Shown: positions 19,974 to 29,798 of the stretch, piece after piece
Layout: every line of letters starts with the position of its first letter
Position numbering within the stretch: position 1 is the first letter of the stretch
Assembly: GCA_044376115.1 (NCBI GenBank)
Contig: JBILLK010000013.1
Coordinates: forward strand, 1-64,000
Length of the DNA stretch: 64,000 bases
Direction: 5' to 3'
From: Polyangiaceae bacterium
GTDB taxonomy: Bacteria; Myxococcota_A; Polyangia; Polyangiales; Polyangiaceae
Notes under the pieces: model-generated
What the model was told of the DNA's origin: nothing
The model's input: only the letters and a program-made list of their open reading frames with translations
The model's database searches: none
Position numbers and translations under genes: made by a program

Positions 19974-20837
19974 TCAGTGAGGCTCGCGGAACGGAACGCC
20001 GAGCTCTTCGCCCAGATCCGCCAGCATCACGCGCATTCGCTCGGTGCGGCGCAGGGCAACGGCGCGCCCTGCGGGGGTCGTCATGGTCGCCGCGAGCTTG
20101 AACAGCTTCACGAAGAAGTGATCGACGCTGAACGCCTTGTCGTCGAGGCTTCGGCCCTCCGCCCACGGGTCCTCCGCGTGAAAGTAGCGACCGCCGAGCC
20201 GCGTGCCGGTCGAGATCGTCCGGAAGACGCCGAGCACCCCGAGCGCCTCGAGCCGATCGGCGTCCTGCAAACAGCGCCCGAGCGTCGAGGTCGGCACCGC
20301 GCCGCGGCTGTAGCTGTGGTCGCGGATCGCCTCGCAGACGAGCCGGCGCTCGCCCGCTGAGTAGCCCTCCCGCGCGAGTAGCCCGTCGGCTACGTCGGCG
20401 CTCTTCTCGCTCGCCTTCGCGCGATCCGGGTGATCCTTCGGCACGTTCACCACGTCGTGCAGCAGCGCCGCGGCGACGCCGAGCCGCGCCTCGAAGGCGC
20501 CCTCCCCCAGCCGCATCGTGAACAGCGCGACGCGGAGCGCGTGCTCGAAATCGTGGCCGGGATCGAGGTCGGCGCCGAGCAGCGCGCGCGCCTCGCCCGC
20601 GATCGCCGCGAGCGGCGCGGTCCCGATCACCTCGCGGATCCTGGGCAAGGTCCACTCCTCGACGCGCCCGACCGACGAGCCCGCCGCGATGTCGGAGGTG
20701 GGCAGCGGGCACTGCTCAATCGTCTCACCGTCGCAACATTCGGCCTGGTTCGCGCCGCGCATCGGGCAGCCGCCCGCGACGCACGCAGCGTGACCGTGCA
20801 CGTAGACCATCTCGTTCCGACAGAGCCGGCAGCGCAT
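19974..20837 (-). CDS. HD-domain phosphohydrolase with N-terminal Cys/His-rich module
   Basis: GHDFEHALRV, AALLHD, IRDHSYSRG, LQDADRLEALG, DHFFVKL. N-terminus CxxC..VHGH..C....C..CCDGE. Confidence 0.85.
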   Translation of the reverse strand: MRCRLCRNEMVYVHGHAACVAGGCPMRGANQAECCDGETIEQCPLPTSDIAAGSSVGRVEEWTLPRIREVIGTAPLAAIAGEARALLGADLDPGHDFEHALRVALFTMRLGEGAFEARLGVAAALLHDVVNVPKDHPDRAKASEKSADVADGLLAREGYSAGERRLVCEAIRDHSYSRGAVPTSTLGRCLQDADRLEALGVLGVFRTISTGTRLGGRYFHAEDPWAEGRSLDDKAFSVDHFFVKLFKLAATMTTPAGRAVALRRTERMRVMLADLGEELGVPFREPH

Positions 20838-20957
20838 GCGCGCCGTATCGACCAACGCGCGTTCGGACTCAAGCTCCTTGGAAGCAGGGAGCGCGCGTCG
20901 GGCGAGCGGCGCGTGCGCGGAGCGCAGAGAGAGCGCGTACCGGGCGAGCGGCCGCGA

Positions 20958-21305
20958 GCGACATTGCGCCGAGTCTCGCCGTGACACCGGGAGATCTGTC
21001 GCACCAGGGCCGGACATCGAGCCCGCCGGTGCGGTCGCGCGAGCGCCGCGAGCGACATTGCGCCCCGTCTCGCCGTAACACCGGGCGATCTGTCGCACCA
21101 GGGCCAGGCATCGAGCCCTCCGGTGCGGTCGCGCGAGCGCCGCGAGCGACATTGCGCCCCGTCTCGCCGTAACACCGGGCGATCTGTCGCACCAGGGCCG
21201 GGCATCGAGCCAGCCGGTGCGGTCGCGCGAGCGCCGCGAGCGACATTGCGCCCCGTCTCGCCGTAACACCGGGCGATCTGTCGCACCAGGGCCGGGCATC
21301 GAGCC
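20958..21305 (-). repeat. REP-like tandem array, 4 copies, 94-bp period (locus B)
   Basis: Hairpins start at 20958, 21052, 21146 and 21240 (gcgacattgcgcc..gtctcgccgt(g/a)acaccggg(c/a)gatctgtcgca), each followed by ccagggccg..catcgagcc. Confidence 0.95.
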
Positions 21306-21434
21306 GGCGGTGCCTTTCGATGGGCGGCGTCGGGCGGGCGGGCGGGGCTTCCGCGGCCTTCGCCGCGAGGCTCTCCGTTCAAAGCCGACTGAGGATCAGG
21401 CCCAGCACGCCGCTGGCGGCGCGAGGCTCTCCGT

Positions 21435-21791
21435 TCAGAGCCGACTGAGGATCAGGCCCAGCACGCCGCACAGGACGCCGGCGAAGGTCACGGCGCGACC
21501 GACCTCGAGCATGAGGGGGAGCTCGGCGCGCACGACGGGTCGCAAGCGTTCGCGAGCTTCGATCTGGCGCTCGAGGGCGTCGTCGGGGTCGCGGAACTTC
21601 CCGGCGAAGAGCGCAAGGTCGGAGGGGCGGCCGGTTGGCGTGTAGTACTGGATGGCCGTGCCGGTGAGAGCCATCGTCGCACCGGTTGCGATCAGCAGGA
21701 TGTAGAACGCCAGGCCGGTGGACCGCGCGAGCCCGAAGCTCAAAGCAACCAGCGCCAACGCCCCTCCCGCTCCAAACCCCAACCACCTCAT
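21435..21791 (-). CDS. Small hypothetical membrane protein (3 TM)
   Basis: Hydrophobic 118-aa ORF. Its last 49 bp are duplicated at 21365-21413. Confidence 0.65.
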   Translation of the reverse strand: MRWLGFGAGGALALVALSFGLARSTGLAFYILLIATGATMALTGTAIQYYTPTGRPSDLALFAGKFRDPDDALERQIEARERLRPVVRAELPLMLEVGRAVTFAGVLCGVLGLILSRL

Positions 21792-21865
21792 GCGAAGCAC
21801 GGTATCACCAGCTGCGCCTAGCCCGCACGGTGCCTAGGCAGCGCGGTGCCTGGCCCACGCCGCGC

Positions 21866-22843
21866 CTAGCCCGCACGGCGCTTGGCCCTGGCGGCGGCTA
21901 GCAGCGCCAAAGCGACGACCCACCCTGGCGACCGATCCGCCGGCGCGTGCGCACATCCGCTGGCGTCGCTCGCGCCCGAGGCAGGGCTTGCGCCCTCCCC
22001 GCTCGCACCCTGCCCGCTCCCCGGGCTCGCACCGCCCGACCCGCTCGCACCGCCCGACCCTGCGACCAGCGGCGCTTTGCACGCATCCGCAGCCACCGCA
22101 TCGAAGGAAGCGCGCAGCAACGCGACCGGGTTGTCGCTCGTTTCGGCGTCGGTATCGGCGGACAGGCGCAGCGGCTCGCCCTCGCGCGGGTCGAGCGCGA
22201 GCGTGGCGGATAGCGCCGGCTTTCGGTAGACGAGGCAACGCGAATCACCGTGCAGATTCGCGCCGGCAGCCTCGATGGCGCGCAACAGCCGTTCGCCCAA
22301 ACCACAGTTCTCAGCCCCGACAAACGCCTGCTGGGCGAGCTCGAGCGTGGCAGCATCGGTGAGGATGTTGCCTTGCACCGAAGCAACGAAATCGCCGATC
22401 TCAAAGCTCTGATGCTGCGCGACGCTGAGCGCCTCCGGCCCGGTGAAGATCGCCATCGCGCCGCTCTCGTCTACCACGGCATATTGACGCAGCGCGAACG
22501 ACGGATCGTAAGCCGGGTCGAGCAGCGCGCTCAGCACCTGCTCCGCCGTCCTGCCCTTCCCGAGCGCTTGCACCGCGTTTTCGTTCGCGCCGGCCAGCAA
22601 GTACGACTGCGTCATCACCGCGCCGCGCGCAGCCGCGTCCGCATTCGTCGCGCCGTACACCAGCTCCACCGTATCGAGCGGCACGCACGATGCCACCGCC
22701 CCACCGAAGGTGCCGGTTGCGCGGTCGTAAGCGAGGACGGAGTAGGTCGCCTCGGCCCGCGCGGGTCGAAAGAGCGCAAGCGCCAAGCCGAAGGTTTTTA
22801 CCGCTATCGCGCGCAGCCTGCTCGACGACCGTCGCACGCTCAC
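21866..22843 (-). CDS. DUF1028 (Ntn-hydrolase-like) secreted protein with MYXO-CTERM-like tail
   Basis: TYSVLAYDRATGTFGGAVAS, RQYAVVD, FTG, SVQGNIL and GDSRC. C-terminal GC..GWVVALALLAAARAKRR. GTGA overlap with the upstream gene. Confidence 0.85.
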   Translation of the reverse strand: MSVRRSSSRLRAIAVKTFGLALALFRPARAEATYSVLAYDRATGTFGGAVASCVPLDTVELVYGATNADAAARGAVMTQSYLLAGANENAVQALGKGRTAEQVLSALLDPAYDPSFALRQYAVVDESGAMAIFTGPEALSVAQHQSFEIGDFVASVQGNILTDAATLELAQQAFVGAENCGLGERLLRAIEAAGANLHGDSRCLVYRKPALSATLALDPREGEPLRLSADTDAETSDNPVALLRASFDAVAADACKAPLVAGSGGASGSGGASPGSGQGASGEGASPASGASDASGCAHAPADRSPGWVVALALLAAARAKRRAG

Positions 22844-24147
22844 CTCGGCCGCGCGAGCCAACGTCGCAGCTGACCGCGTTGCAAGCCCAGCGCACGCGCG
22901 GCGGCGCTGATGTTGCCGCCGTTTTCGGTGAGCGCCCGTTCAATCGCTTCGTCGGCGGGGAACTCGCTCGAGCCGGCGCGAATCGAGGCTTCGCGTTCGT
23001 CCTCGCTGGGGCCGAGTTCGAGCCCGGCCGTCTTGCTCAGGTGCTCGGGACCGACGGTCTCTTCATTCGCCATCAGCGCTTGCCGCGCTGCGTGCGCCGT
23101 CTCGCTCAGCAGCTCGCGCACGTTGCCCGGCCAGCGTCGCAACAAGCAAGCTTCAACGAACTTGGCGCTGATGCGCAGCTCGGGCGCGACCTTGCGCACC
23201 GCGATCGCGATCAAGTAGCTCAGCTCTTCGCGCCGGCTCGCAAGCGGTGGCACCGTCACCACCGGCTCGGACAGCCGATAGTAGAGGTCGCTGCGAAACT
23301 TCCCCTCGCTCACGGCCTGCCGCAGATCGCGGTTGGTGGCCGCGCAGATCGCCACGTCCACGGTGTCGGCCCGGGAACCGCCGACCGCCATGACCTCGCG
23401 CGACTCGAGCAGCCGCAACAGCTTGGGTTGCAACGACGGCTCTAGCTCGCCGATCTCATCAAGGAAGAGCGTGCCGCGGTGGGCCGCTTGCGCGTAACCC
23501 TCGGCGTCTTTCGCTCCCGAATACGCGCCCTCCTTCGCGCCGAAGAAGAGCCGTTCAGCGAGCGATACCGGGATGGCAGCACAATTGACGGCGACGAAGT
23601 TCCCTTTGGCGCGCTTGCCGTTCGCATGGAAGGCGCGCGCGTAGATCTCTTTGCCCACGCCGCTCTCACCGAGCAACAGCAGCGACGAACTCGCAGCCGC
23701 AGCCGTCACTTGTTTGAGCACCGCGCGCGAAGCGGGCCCGCGCACCACGTCCTCATGCGTGAGCACGGCCTCGGTGAACCGCGTCAGATCGTCGCACAAA
23801 AGCGCGATCGTTTGGCCCATTCGAACCACCGACGCGGCCTCGAGCACGACCTTGCCCTCGATCTTGAGGCCATCGACGAAGGTCCCATTGCGACTGCTGA
23901 GATCTTCGATCGAGACGCGGCCCGCCGCCCAGGTCGCCCGCAAATGTTCACGCGACGCGCGCTCGTCCTCGAGCCCTGCTTCGGCTAGCCAATTGCGGCC
24001 GAGCACGACGCCGCCCTTCGGGATCGGGCAGGCCATGAGCACCGCGCGCCCCGACCAAACCACGAGCAGCCCGGGCACCGCTTCACGCGCCGCTCGCGGA
24101 CTGTGCGCCGACTCATCGAGGGTCTCGACCGACTTCGCAGAGGCCAT
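22840..24147 (-). CDS. FHA-domain sigma-54-dependent transcriptional activator (Fis HTH)
   Basis: FHA (GR..ASREH..DLSSRNGTFVDG), GESGVGKE, GAYSGA, LFLDEIG, WPGNVREL and NISAAARALG. Confidence 0.95.
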   Translation of the reverse strand: MASAKSVETLDESAHSPRAAREAVPGLLVVWSGRAVLMACPIPKGGVVLGRNWLAEAGLEDERASREHLRATWAAGRVSIEDLSSRNGTFVDGLKIEGKVVLEAASVVRMGQTIALLCDDLTRFTEAVLTHEDVVRGPASRAVLKQVTAAAASSSLLLLGESGVGKEIYARAFHANGKRAKGNFVAVNCAAIPVSLAERLFFGAKEGAYSGAKDAEGYAQAAHRGTLFLDEIGELEPSLQPKLLRLLESREVMAVGGSRADTVDVAICAATNRDLRQAVSEGKFRSDLYYRLSEPVVTVPPLASRREELSYLIAIAVRKVAPELRISAKFVEACLLRRWPGNVRELLSETAHAARQALMANEETVGPEHLSKTAGLELGPSEDEREASIRAGSSEFPADEAIERALTENGGNISAAARALGLQRGQLRRWLARPR

Positions 24148-24153
24148 CGACGC

Positions 24154-24819
24154 TCAGCGACCTTTCGGTCGGTGAGTCGCGGCTGGCAGCTCGCGCCAAC
24201 GTTCGAGATCGGCCGGCGTGAGTGGGTCTTGGCCGGCCAAATGACGCTCCAGGTGACCCAGCGAATCGAGGCCCCAAAACAGCTCCTCGCCGACCAAAAA
24301 GCTCGGCACGCCAAAGGCGCCCGCTTGCAACGCCGCTTCGGTGTTGCTGCGCACCTTGGCTTTGACCTCATCGCTCTTCGCAGCCGCAAGCAGCTGTTCG
24401 GCGTCGAAGCCAGCGTCCTTCATCAGCGTCGAGAGCACCGCCTCATCGATCACCCCCGGCCCTCCGCCCCAGGTGGCTTTGAACAGCAGGTCGCAAAGCG
24501 CTTTGCGCTGCGGCTCTTCCATCGGCGCCGCGGTTAGACGCAGGGCCAACAGCGGATTGAACGGATGCGCCGGCGGCGGCGCGAAGGGCACACCGAAGTG
24601 GGCCGCATGGCGAAAGGTGTCTTTGAACACCCATAGGCGTTTTGGCGGGATTTCAGCAGGGCCCTTGGTACCGAGCGCATCGAGCAGCGCCGCAAAAAGG
24701 ATCGGCACCAGCTCGAGATCGGCGTCTTGCCGCGCCAACACCGGACCGACCTGCGTCCATGCGAGGTAGGCGTACGGCGAGATGTAGTCGAACAAAAAGC
24801 GAACGGTGCGGCGTGCCAT
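24154..24819 (-). CDS. DsbA-family / 2-hydroxychromene-2-carboxylate isomerase (kappa GST-like)
   Basis: FDYISPYAY, HPFNPL and GAFGVPSFLVGEELFWGLD motifs. Confidence 0.9.
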   Translation of the reverse strand: MARRTVRFLFDYISPYAYLAWTQVGPVLARQDADLELVPILFAALLDALGTKGPAEIPPKRLWVFKDTFRHAAHFGVPFAPPPAHPFNPLLALRLTAAPMEEPQRKALCDLLFKATWGGGPGVIDEAVLSTLMKDAGFDAEQLLAAAKSDEVKAKVRSNTEAALQAGAFGVPSFLVGEELFWGLDSLGHLERHLAGQDPLTPADLERWRELPAATHRPKGR

Positions 24820-24945
24820 CGACGTGCGAGTCTATCGGCTTGCAGCGGGCTTTCCACCAACGGTGATCGCTCGCTCGCCGAGGACGCCCAACGGCTGGCC
24901 ATATTCGGCCAACTGGGCCGAACGGCCCGGCGCACACTGGCCCCA

Positions 24946-26301
24946 ATGTCGACTTCAGCGCCGCATCGCAGCGGCACCTTCGAGCAGCGCCTGGTTCATC
25001 GTAGGGACGCCGACTACGAAGCCGTTCGCACCGGCTCGATGTGGAATCAACGGGTCCCTGCGCGTTACCCCGAGGCCATCGTGATCGCGCGGGATGTGTA
25101 CGACGTCGCAGCGGCGGTGCGTTGGGCGCAAAAGCGCGGGCTGCGGGTGAGCGTGAAGTCGGGCGGTCACAGCTGGTCCGGCAACCACCTGCGCGACGGC
25201 GGCCTTTTGATCGACGTAGCGGCGCTCGACGAGGTGAGCGTCGATGCTGCGCGCCACCGCGCGACCACCGGTCCAGGCCGCAAGAGCCACGAGCTCGCGG
25301 CGATGCTCGGTCGCCAAGGGCTCGCCTTCCCGACCGGCCATTGCCTCGGCGTTTGCGTCGGCGGCTATTTGTTGCAAGGCGGTTTCGGCTGGAACGGTCG
25401 CGCTTTTGGACCGGCCTGCATGAGCGTAGTCGGGCTGGACATCGTCACCGCCGAGGGCGAGCTTTTGCACGCGAGCGAAGAAGAGAATGCAGATTTGTTT
25501 TGGGCAGCGCGCGGCTCTGGAGCCGGCTTCTTCGGCGTGGTGACGCGTTTTCACCTCAAGCTCTACGACAAGCCCCGAGTAACCGCAGCCGCTGGGCAGA
25601 CCTTTCCGCTCTCCGCCCTGGAGGAGGTGCTGCGCTGGATGTACGCGATCCGCGCCGAGGTCCCAGCGTCGGTCGAGCTGCAGCTGGCGATCACCGGCGA
25701 CGCGGCCGGGGTGGGCGGCCCAGGCATCGAGCTGTTTGCACCGGTGTTCGCCGATTCGTTGCGCGACGCTTGGCGCGCCCTACGCTTTCTCGATTCGCCG
25801 ATTCGTCGCCTAGCCAAGCTGCGCATTCCGATGCTGCCGGTGCCGCTCGGCGCGCTCTATCGCCTGGTGATGACGCACTACCCGAGCGCTCGTTACGGCG
25901 TCGACAACCTGTGGACCCACGCGCATGTCGATCAGCTCCTCCCGCACCTCGAGGACGCAGCGCGGACCTTGCCGCCACCTCCCTCGCATCTGCTCTGGCT
26001 CAACTGGTCGCCACCGGCTGGTGCGCGCGATGCGCGCATGGCCTTCTCGATGGAGGACGAGACCTACCTCGCGCTTTACGGCTGCTGGAAACGGCCGGAA
26101 GACGACGCGCGTTACGCGCCTTGGGCCGTCTCCAACGTGCGTCGCATGGAGCACCTCGCGAGCGGCTGCCAGCTCGCCGACGAGAACCTCGGAGAGCGCC
26201 CAGCGCGCTTCGTCAGCGACGATCATTTGCGCAAGCTCGATCAGATTCGCGCCGCGCGCGATCCGCGCGGGACCTTCCAAACCTGGATGGGCCGGCCATG
26301 A
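24946..26301 (+). CDS. FAD-linked oxidoreductase (BBE/6-HDNO-like)
   Basis: P.AIV..V..AV, KSGGHS (covalent-FAD His), VGGYLLQGGFG, DLFWAARGSG.GFFGVVT and a C-terminal DP.GTF. Confidence 0.9.
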   Translation: MSTSAPHRSGTFEQRLVHRRDADYEAVRTGSMWNQRVPARYPEAIVIARDVYDVAAAVRWAQKRGLRVSVKSGGHSWSGNHLRDGGLLIDVAALDEVSVDAARHRATTGPGRKSHELAAMLGRQGLAFPTGHCLGVCVGGYLLQGGFGWNGRAFGPACMSVVGLDIVTAEGELLHASEEENADLFWAARGSGAGFFGVVTRFHLKLYDKPRVTAAAGQTFPLSALEEVLRWMYAIRAEVPASVELQLAITGDAAGVGGPGIELFAPVFADSLRDAWRALRFLDSPIRRLAKLRIPMLPVPLGALYRLVMTHYPSARYGVDNLWTHAHVDQLLPHLEDAARTLPPPPSHLLWLNWSPPAGARDARMAFSMEDETYLALYGCWKRPEDDARYAPWAVSNVRRMEHLASGCQLADENLGERPARFVSDDHLRKLDQIRAARDPRGTFQTWMGRP

Positions 26302-27125
26302 GCCACCCCAACCCGCGCAGGACGCTGAAGCTCGGTCTCACGCCCGCCGAGGTGCGCGACAAGCCGTACGGACGCTTCTGGAACCCGAGCATGAAGCCGC
26401 TGTCGGAGGTTGCGCGCGGCGCGCTGCTCACCGGTCCGCGGCCTGCACCGCTGTTACCGCGATACGAAGAGCTCGGCCGCATGGAGCTTGAACGCGAGAG
26501 CGGCTTCGAGAACGGCTTCGGCTTCTCCGACGAGGGCGGCCTAATCGTAGCGATTCGCACCGTGATGCCGGAGGTAACTCCGCCGATGGTCGATTGGTGG
26601 TTTGGGTGGCACAGCATCGAGCCCCAGCGCTACAAGCTTTGGCACCCCGAGGCGCATCTCCACGCCGCTTGGGATAGCGAGGACGATGCGCGCGACCCGG
26701 GATATGTCGGTAAAACCTCCTGGGTCGACGAGTACATTGGAGACACGCTGCATTCGGTGCGCATCCAGTTCATCGCGCCGCGGGCGCTCGGCTTCGACCC
26801 GGTGCAGCTCTTCGACCAACGTGAGAACTTCGTCGTCGTGTGCGCGCGCATCGCCTTTGCCCAATTGCCGATTACGATCGGCACGCTGGTGCACGTGGTG
26901 CAACGTGAAGGCGATGGCTCGCTGATGCGCTCGCGCTTCTTCCTCGGCGGGCCTCACGCGCGCGTTGGTAGCGGCGAAGGCGCCCTCACGGCTGCCGTGA
27001 GCAGCTTGGTGCGCACGGTGAAACGCCCCACCCGTCGCGACGGCGAGGCGCTACTCACGCACTGCGCCGAAGAGATGGCGCACCTCGCGAACTTTCTGCC
27101 GGAGCTCTATCAAGCCATGCGCTGA
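26298..27125 (+). CDS. phlG: DAPG hydrolase (PhlG-like)
   Basis: MPEVTPPMVDWWFGWH..RYKLWHPEAH, VDEYIG, MRSRFF and HCAEEMAHLANFLPELY. ATG at 26298 overlaps the stop of the oxidoreductase. Confidence 0.8.
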   Translation: MSHPNPRRTLKLGLTPAEVRDKPYGRFWNPSMKPLSEVARGALLTGPRPAPLLPRYEELGRMELERESGFENGFGFSDEGGLIVAIRTVMPEVTPPMVDWWFGWHSIEPQRYKLWHPEAHLHAAWDSEDDARDPGYVGKTSWVDEYIGDTLHSVRIQFIAPRALGFDPVQLFDQRENFVVVCARIAFAQLPITIGTLVHVVQREGDGSLMRSRFFLGGPHARVGSGEGALTAAVSSLVRTVKRPTRRDGEALLTHCAEEMAHLANFLPELYQAMR

Positions 27126-27222
27126 GCCTCGTTGGTCTGCGCAACAAAAGAGGCTCTGGACGAAAGGCGGTTCGCGGGCGCCCGGGGTTTGACGTCGATA
27201 GGGCGCGGCTTTACGCGAGAGC

Positions 27223-28782
27223 ATGCTTTGCTTTCGGTCCCGGCAACGGCTTGCAACGCTTGGGCTCGCGACGCTGCTCGGTGCGTGTGGCGACGACGCG
27301 GCGAGCACCGGCACCGGGGCAGCTGGGGCAACCACCACAGGGCCGGGAACCGGCGGAACAGGCGCAACAGGGCAAGGCGGAGAGGGCGGCCAGGGTGGCG
27401 CACCACTCGTGCCGGTCCCAGGCCTCTACGCCGAATACTTCAGCGGCTATTTGGATCTCGCGCTGGCCCGAGTCGAACCGGGGATCGCGGTCGACTGGGT
27501 GGATAGCGGACCGAGTGAAGCCGTGGGTGCCGATCATTTCTCGGCGCGTTGGAGCGGCACGCTCACCCCGCCCAGCGCAGGCACGTACACGATCGCGACC
27601 GAGACCGATGACGGCGTGCGCCTTTACCTCGATGACGAACTCGTGATCGACGATTGGAACGGCCACTTCGTTACGCGCAACGAGGCCGTGGTCGAGCTCT
27701 CTGGTGCGCCTGTTGAGCTGCGCCTCGAGTACTTCGAGATCGATCTGGCGGCCTCGGCGAAGCTGTTGTGGTCGGCCGAGGGTCTAGCGGAAGAGGTGAT
27801 CCCGGAGAGCGCCTTCTCGGCCTTGGAAAAGCCCACCGGCCTTGCTAGCCCGAAGCCGCCCTTCAGCAATCCGGTGATGGCCTTCGATTGCCCCGATCCT
27901 GGAGTGACCTTCGATGCTACGGCCTCACCGCCGGCCTTCTTTGCCGTGTGCACCGGAGGCTCCTTCCCGATCCGCTCGTCGCGCAGCCTCGTCTTCTGGA
28001 GCGATACCGGCGTCTCGCTGTTGCCCAACGGCAAGGCCGCCTGGGCCGCCAACGGCTTCCGCGATTGGGCGCCGGAGCTTCATCGCGTGGGCGATCAATT
28101 CGTGGCTTACTTCACCTCGGCCAACGCTGCGGACGTGCTCTCGGTCGGCGCTGTCCACGCGCAGACGATGCTCGGACCGTGGCAGGAGCAAAGTGGGCCG
28201 CTGGTCGAGCATCCGCTCGGCGTGATCGACGCGACCTTCTTCGAGGACGACGACGGCTCGCGATGGCTGATCGATAAGGTGGATGGGAACTCGCAAGGCC
28301 AACCGACGCCGCTGCGTCTGCGTCGGCTCACCGATGACGGCCTCGCGTTTGCGCCGGGGAGCACGCCGGTGACGCTATTGACCAATAACGCCGGCAGCTG
28401 GGAAGGCGGCGTGGTCGAGGCGCCCTGGGTGGTTAAGCGCAATGGCATGTACTACCTATTTTATAGCGGTAACGTCTACGACTATCGCTATAAGACGGGC
28501 GTTGCGCGGGCCGCCTCTTTGGCTGGCCCGTACGAGAAACACGGCGCGCCGATCTTGGTCAACAATGGGCGCTGGGTTGGGCCTGGGCACGGCTCGGTCG
28601 TCAGCGTCTTGGGCAAGGACTACTTCGTTTACCACGCGTGGACGAACGCCGGCGACGGCACGCAGCTGCAGAGCGTCGGGCGCCACGTGCTCGTAGACCG
28701 CATCAGCTGGGGCGCCGACGGCTGGCCCTCAATCAACGACGGCTCACCGAGCACAGGGCCGCAGCCTTGGCCGGGCGAGTGA
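27223..28782 (+). CDS. Lipoprotein with PA14 domain and GH43 glycoside hydrolase domain
   Basis: PA14 (GLYAEYF, FSARWSG, DDGVRLY, RLEYFE) and GH43 (CPDP, WAPE, IDA, VEAPW, YYLFYS, GPGHGS). Confidence 0.9.
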   Translation: MLCFRSRQRLATLGLATLLGACGDDAASTGTGAAGATTTGPGTGGTGATGQGGEGGQGGAPLVPVPGLYAEYFSGYLDLALARVEPGIAVDWVDSGPSEAVGADHFSARWSGTLTPPSAGTYTIATETDDGVRLYLDDELVIDDWNGHFVTRNEAVVELSGAPVELRLEYFEIDLAASAKLLWSAEGLAEEVIPESAFSALEKPTGLASPKPPFSNPVMAFDCPDPGVTFDATASPPAFFAVCTGGSFPIRSSRSLVFWSDTGVSLLPNGKAAWAANGFRDWAPELHRVGDQFVAYFTSANAADVLSVGAVHAQTMLGPWQEQSGPLVEHPLGVIDATFFEDDDGSRWLIDKVDGNSQGQPTPLRLRRLTDDGLAFAPGSTPVTLLTNNAGSWEGGVVEAPWVVKRNGMYYLFYSGNVYDYRYKTGVARAASLAGPYEKHGAPILVNNGRWVGPGHGSVVSVLGKDYFVYHAWTNAGDGTQLQSVGRHVLVDRISWGADGWPSINDGSPSTGPQPWPGE

Positions 28783-28838
28783 GAGCCTCAAACGGCGCGC
28801 AGTTGACGACGCCGAGGGGGCACGCGAGCGTGCAGCGC

Positions 28839-29768
28839 ATGCGACGCCTCTGCCTCGGCCTGGTCACCCTCGCTTGCTGCTCCCCGGTCGAACAAGGGGC
28901 AGCCGTTGCAACGCCCAACGCCGAAGCAACGACAACGACAGCAGCAACGACAGGCCCCGCGGCCGCAACGACAGCGCCCGCGACTTCGCAGCGTTTGGCC
29001 TTCGATTGGAAGGTGGGCTGCAGCGTCCCTGTCAAAGAGAGTCGGCAGCAAGGCAAAGACGGGCTCGAGGTTTCGCTCGTGCTGCGCATCGCAGCTGGGC
29101 CGAATCCCTCCGAACGCGTGATGCACTTTGAACAGCTCAAGCTCTTGTCCGCCAATGGCAGGACCGTGCCGGAGAAAGACGCCAGCGCTGCTGCCGCAAG
29201 CATTCAAGCGCCTGCGGTTGTCTTCTCGGAGCAAGGCAGTCGGGCGCGGGTGCTCGACCTCGAGGGCTTCTTGAAGGCGTCGGCCGCCGCGTCGCCCGCA
29301 AAGGACCTTCTGACGACCCCAGCCGCTCGCGCTTCGGTGGAGTATCGAGCGCTCGAGCGCTGGCGTATCTACGCCGGATTTTGGGTGGGCGTTGGGCTCG
29401 AGCCGGGCAAGCGCGCGCTCCCAATGCCGCAGCTCGATGGCACCAGCAGCGACCTGAACTTCGCTGTCGAAGCGAGCTCGGTGGGCTCACGCTGGCAACT
29501 CAAAGCGTCGATCCCGGATCAGGAACGCGCCGCTGCGGTCACCGCGGTCAGCAAACTACTGGCCGACGCTGTAGCGACTACCGGCGCTGCACCGACCGTT
29601 AAGAGCTTTCGAGAGCAATACGAGATCGACGTTGCGCCAAGCGGCTTTCGTGTCGAGAGCGTGCGGCACGAGTCGGACCTTGTGGTGATGGCTGGGGACC
29701 GCGAGATCGAGCAGCGAAAGATCCGCTCGGCGAGCTTCGATTGGTCGCGCGCGACAGGCTGTGACTGA
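28839..29768 (+). CDS. Hypothetical lipoprotein
   Basis: MRRLCLGLVTLAC signal, Thr/Ala linker and a globular domain. Confidence 0.7.
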   Translation: MRRLCLGLVTLACCSPVEQGAAVATPNAEATTTTAATTGPAAATTAPATSQRLAFDWKVGCSVPVKESRQQGKDGLEVSLVLRIAAGPNPSERVMHFEQLKLLSANGRTVPEKDASAAAASIQAPAVVFSEQGSRARVLDLEGFLKASAAASPAKDLLTTPAARASVEYRALERWRIYAGFWVGVGLEPGKRALPMPQLDGTSSDLNFAVEASSVGSRWQLKASIPDQERAAAVTAVSKLLADAVATTGAAPTVKSFREQYEIDVAPSGFRVESVRHESDLVVMAGDREIEQRKIRSASFDWSRATGCD

Positions 29769-29798
29769 AGGGCCGGAGGTCGTGGTAGCGTTCTTTGC

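Noticed and set aside
25041..26297. 694-aa ORF 25041-27125 as a long PhlG fusion
   Set aside because: The upstream part is a shadow frame of the FAD oxidase. The real start is ATG 26298.
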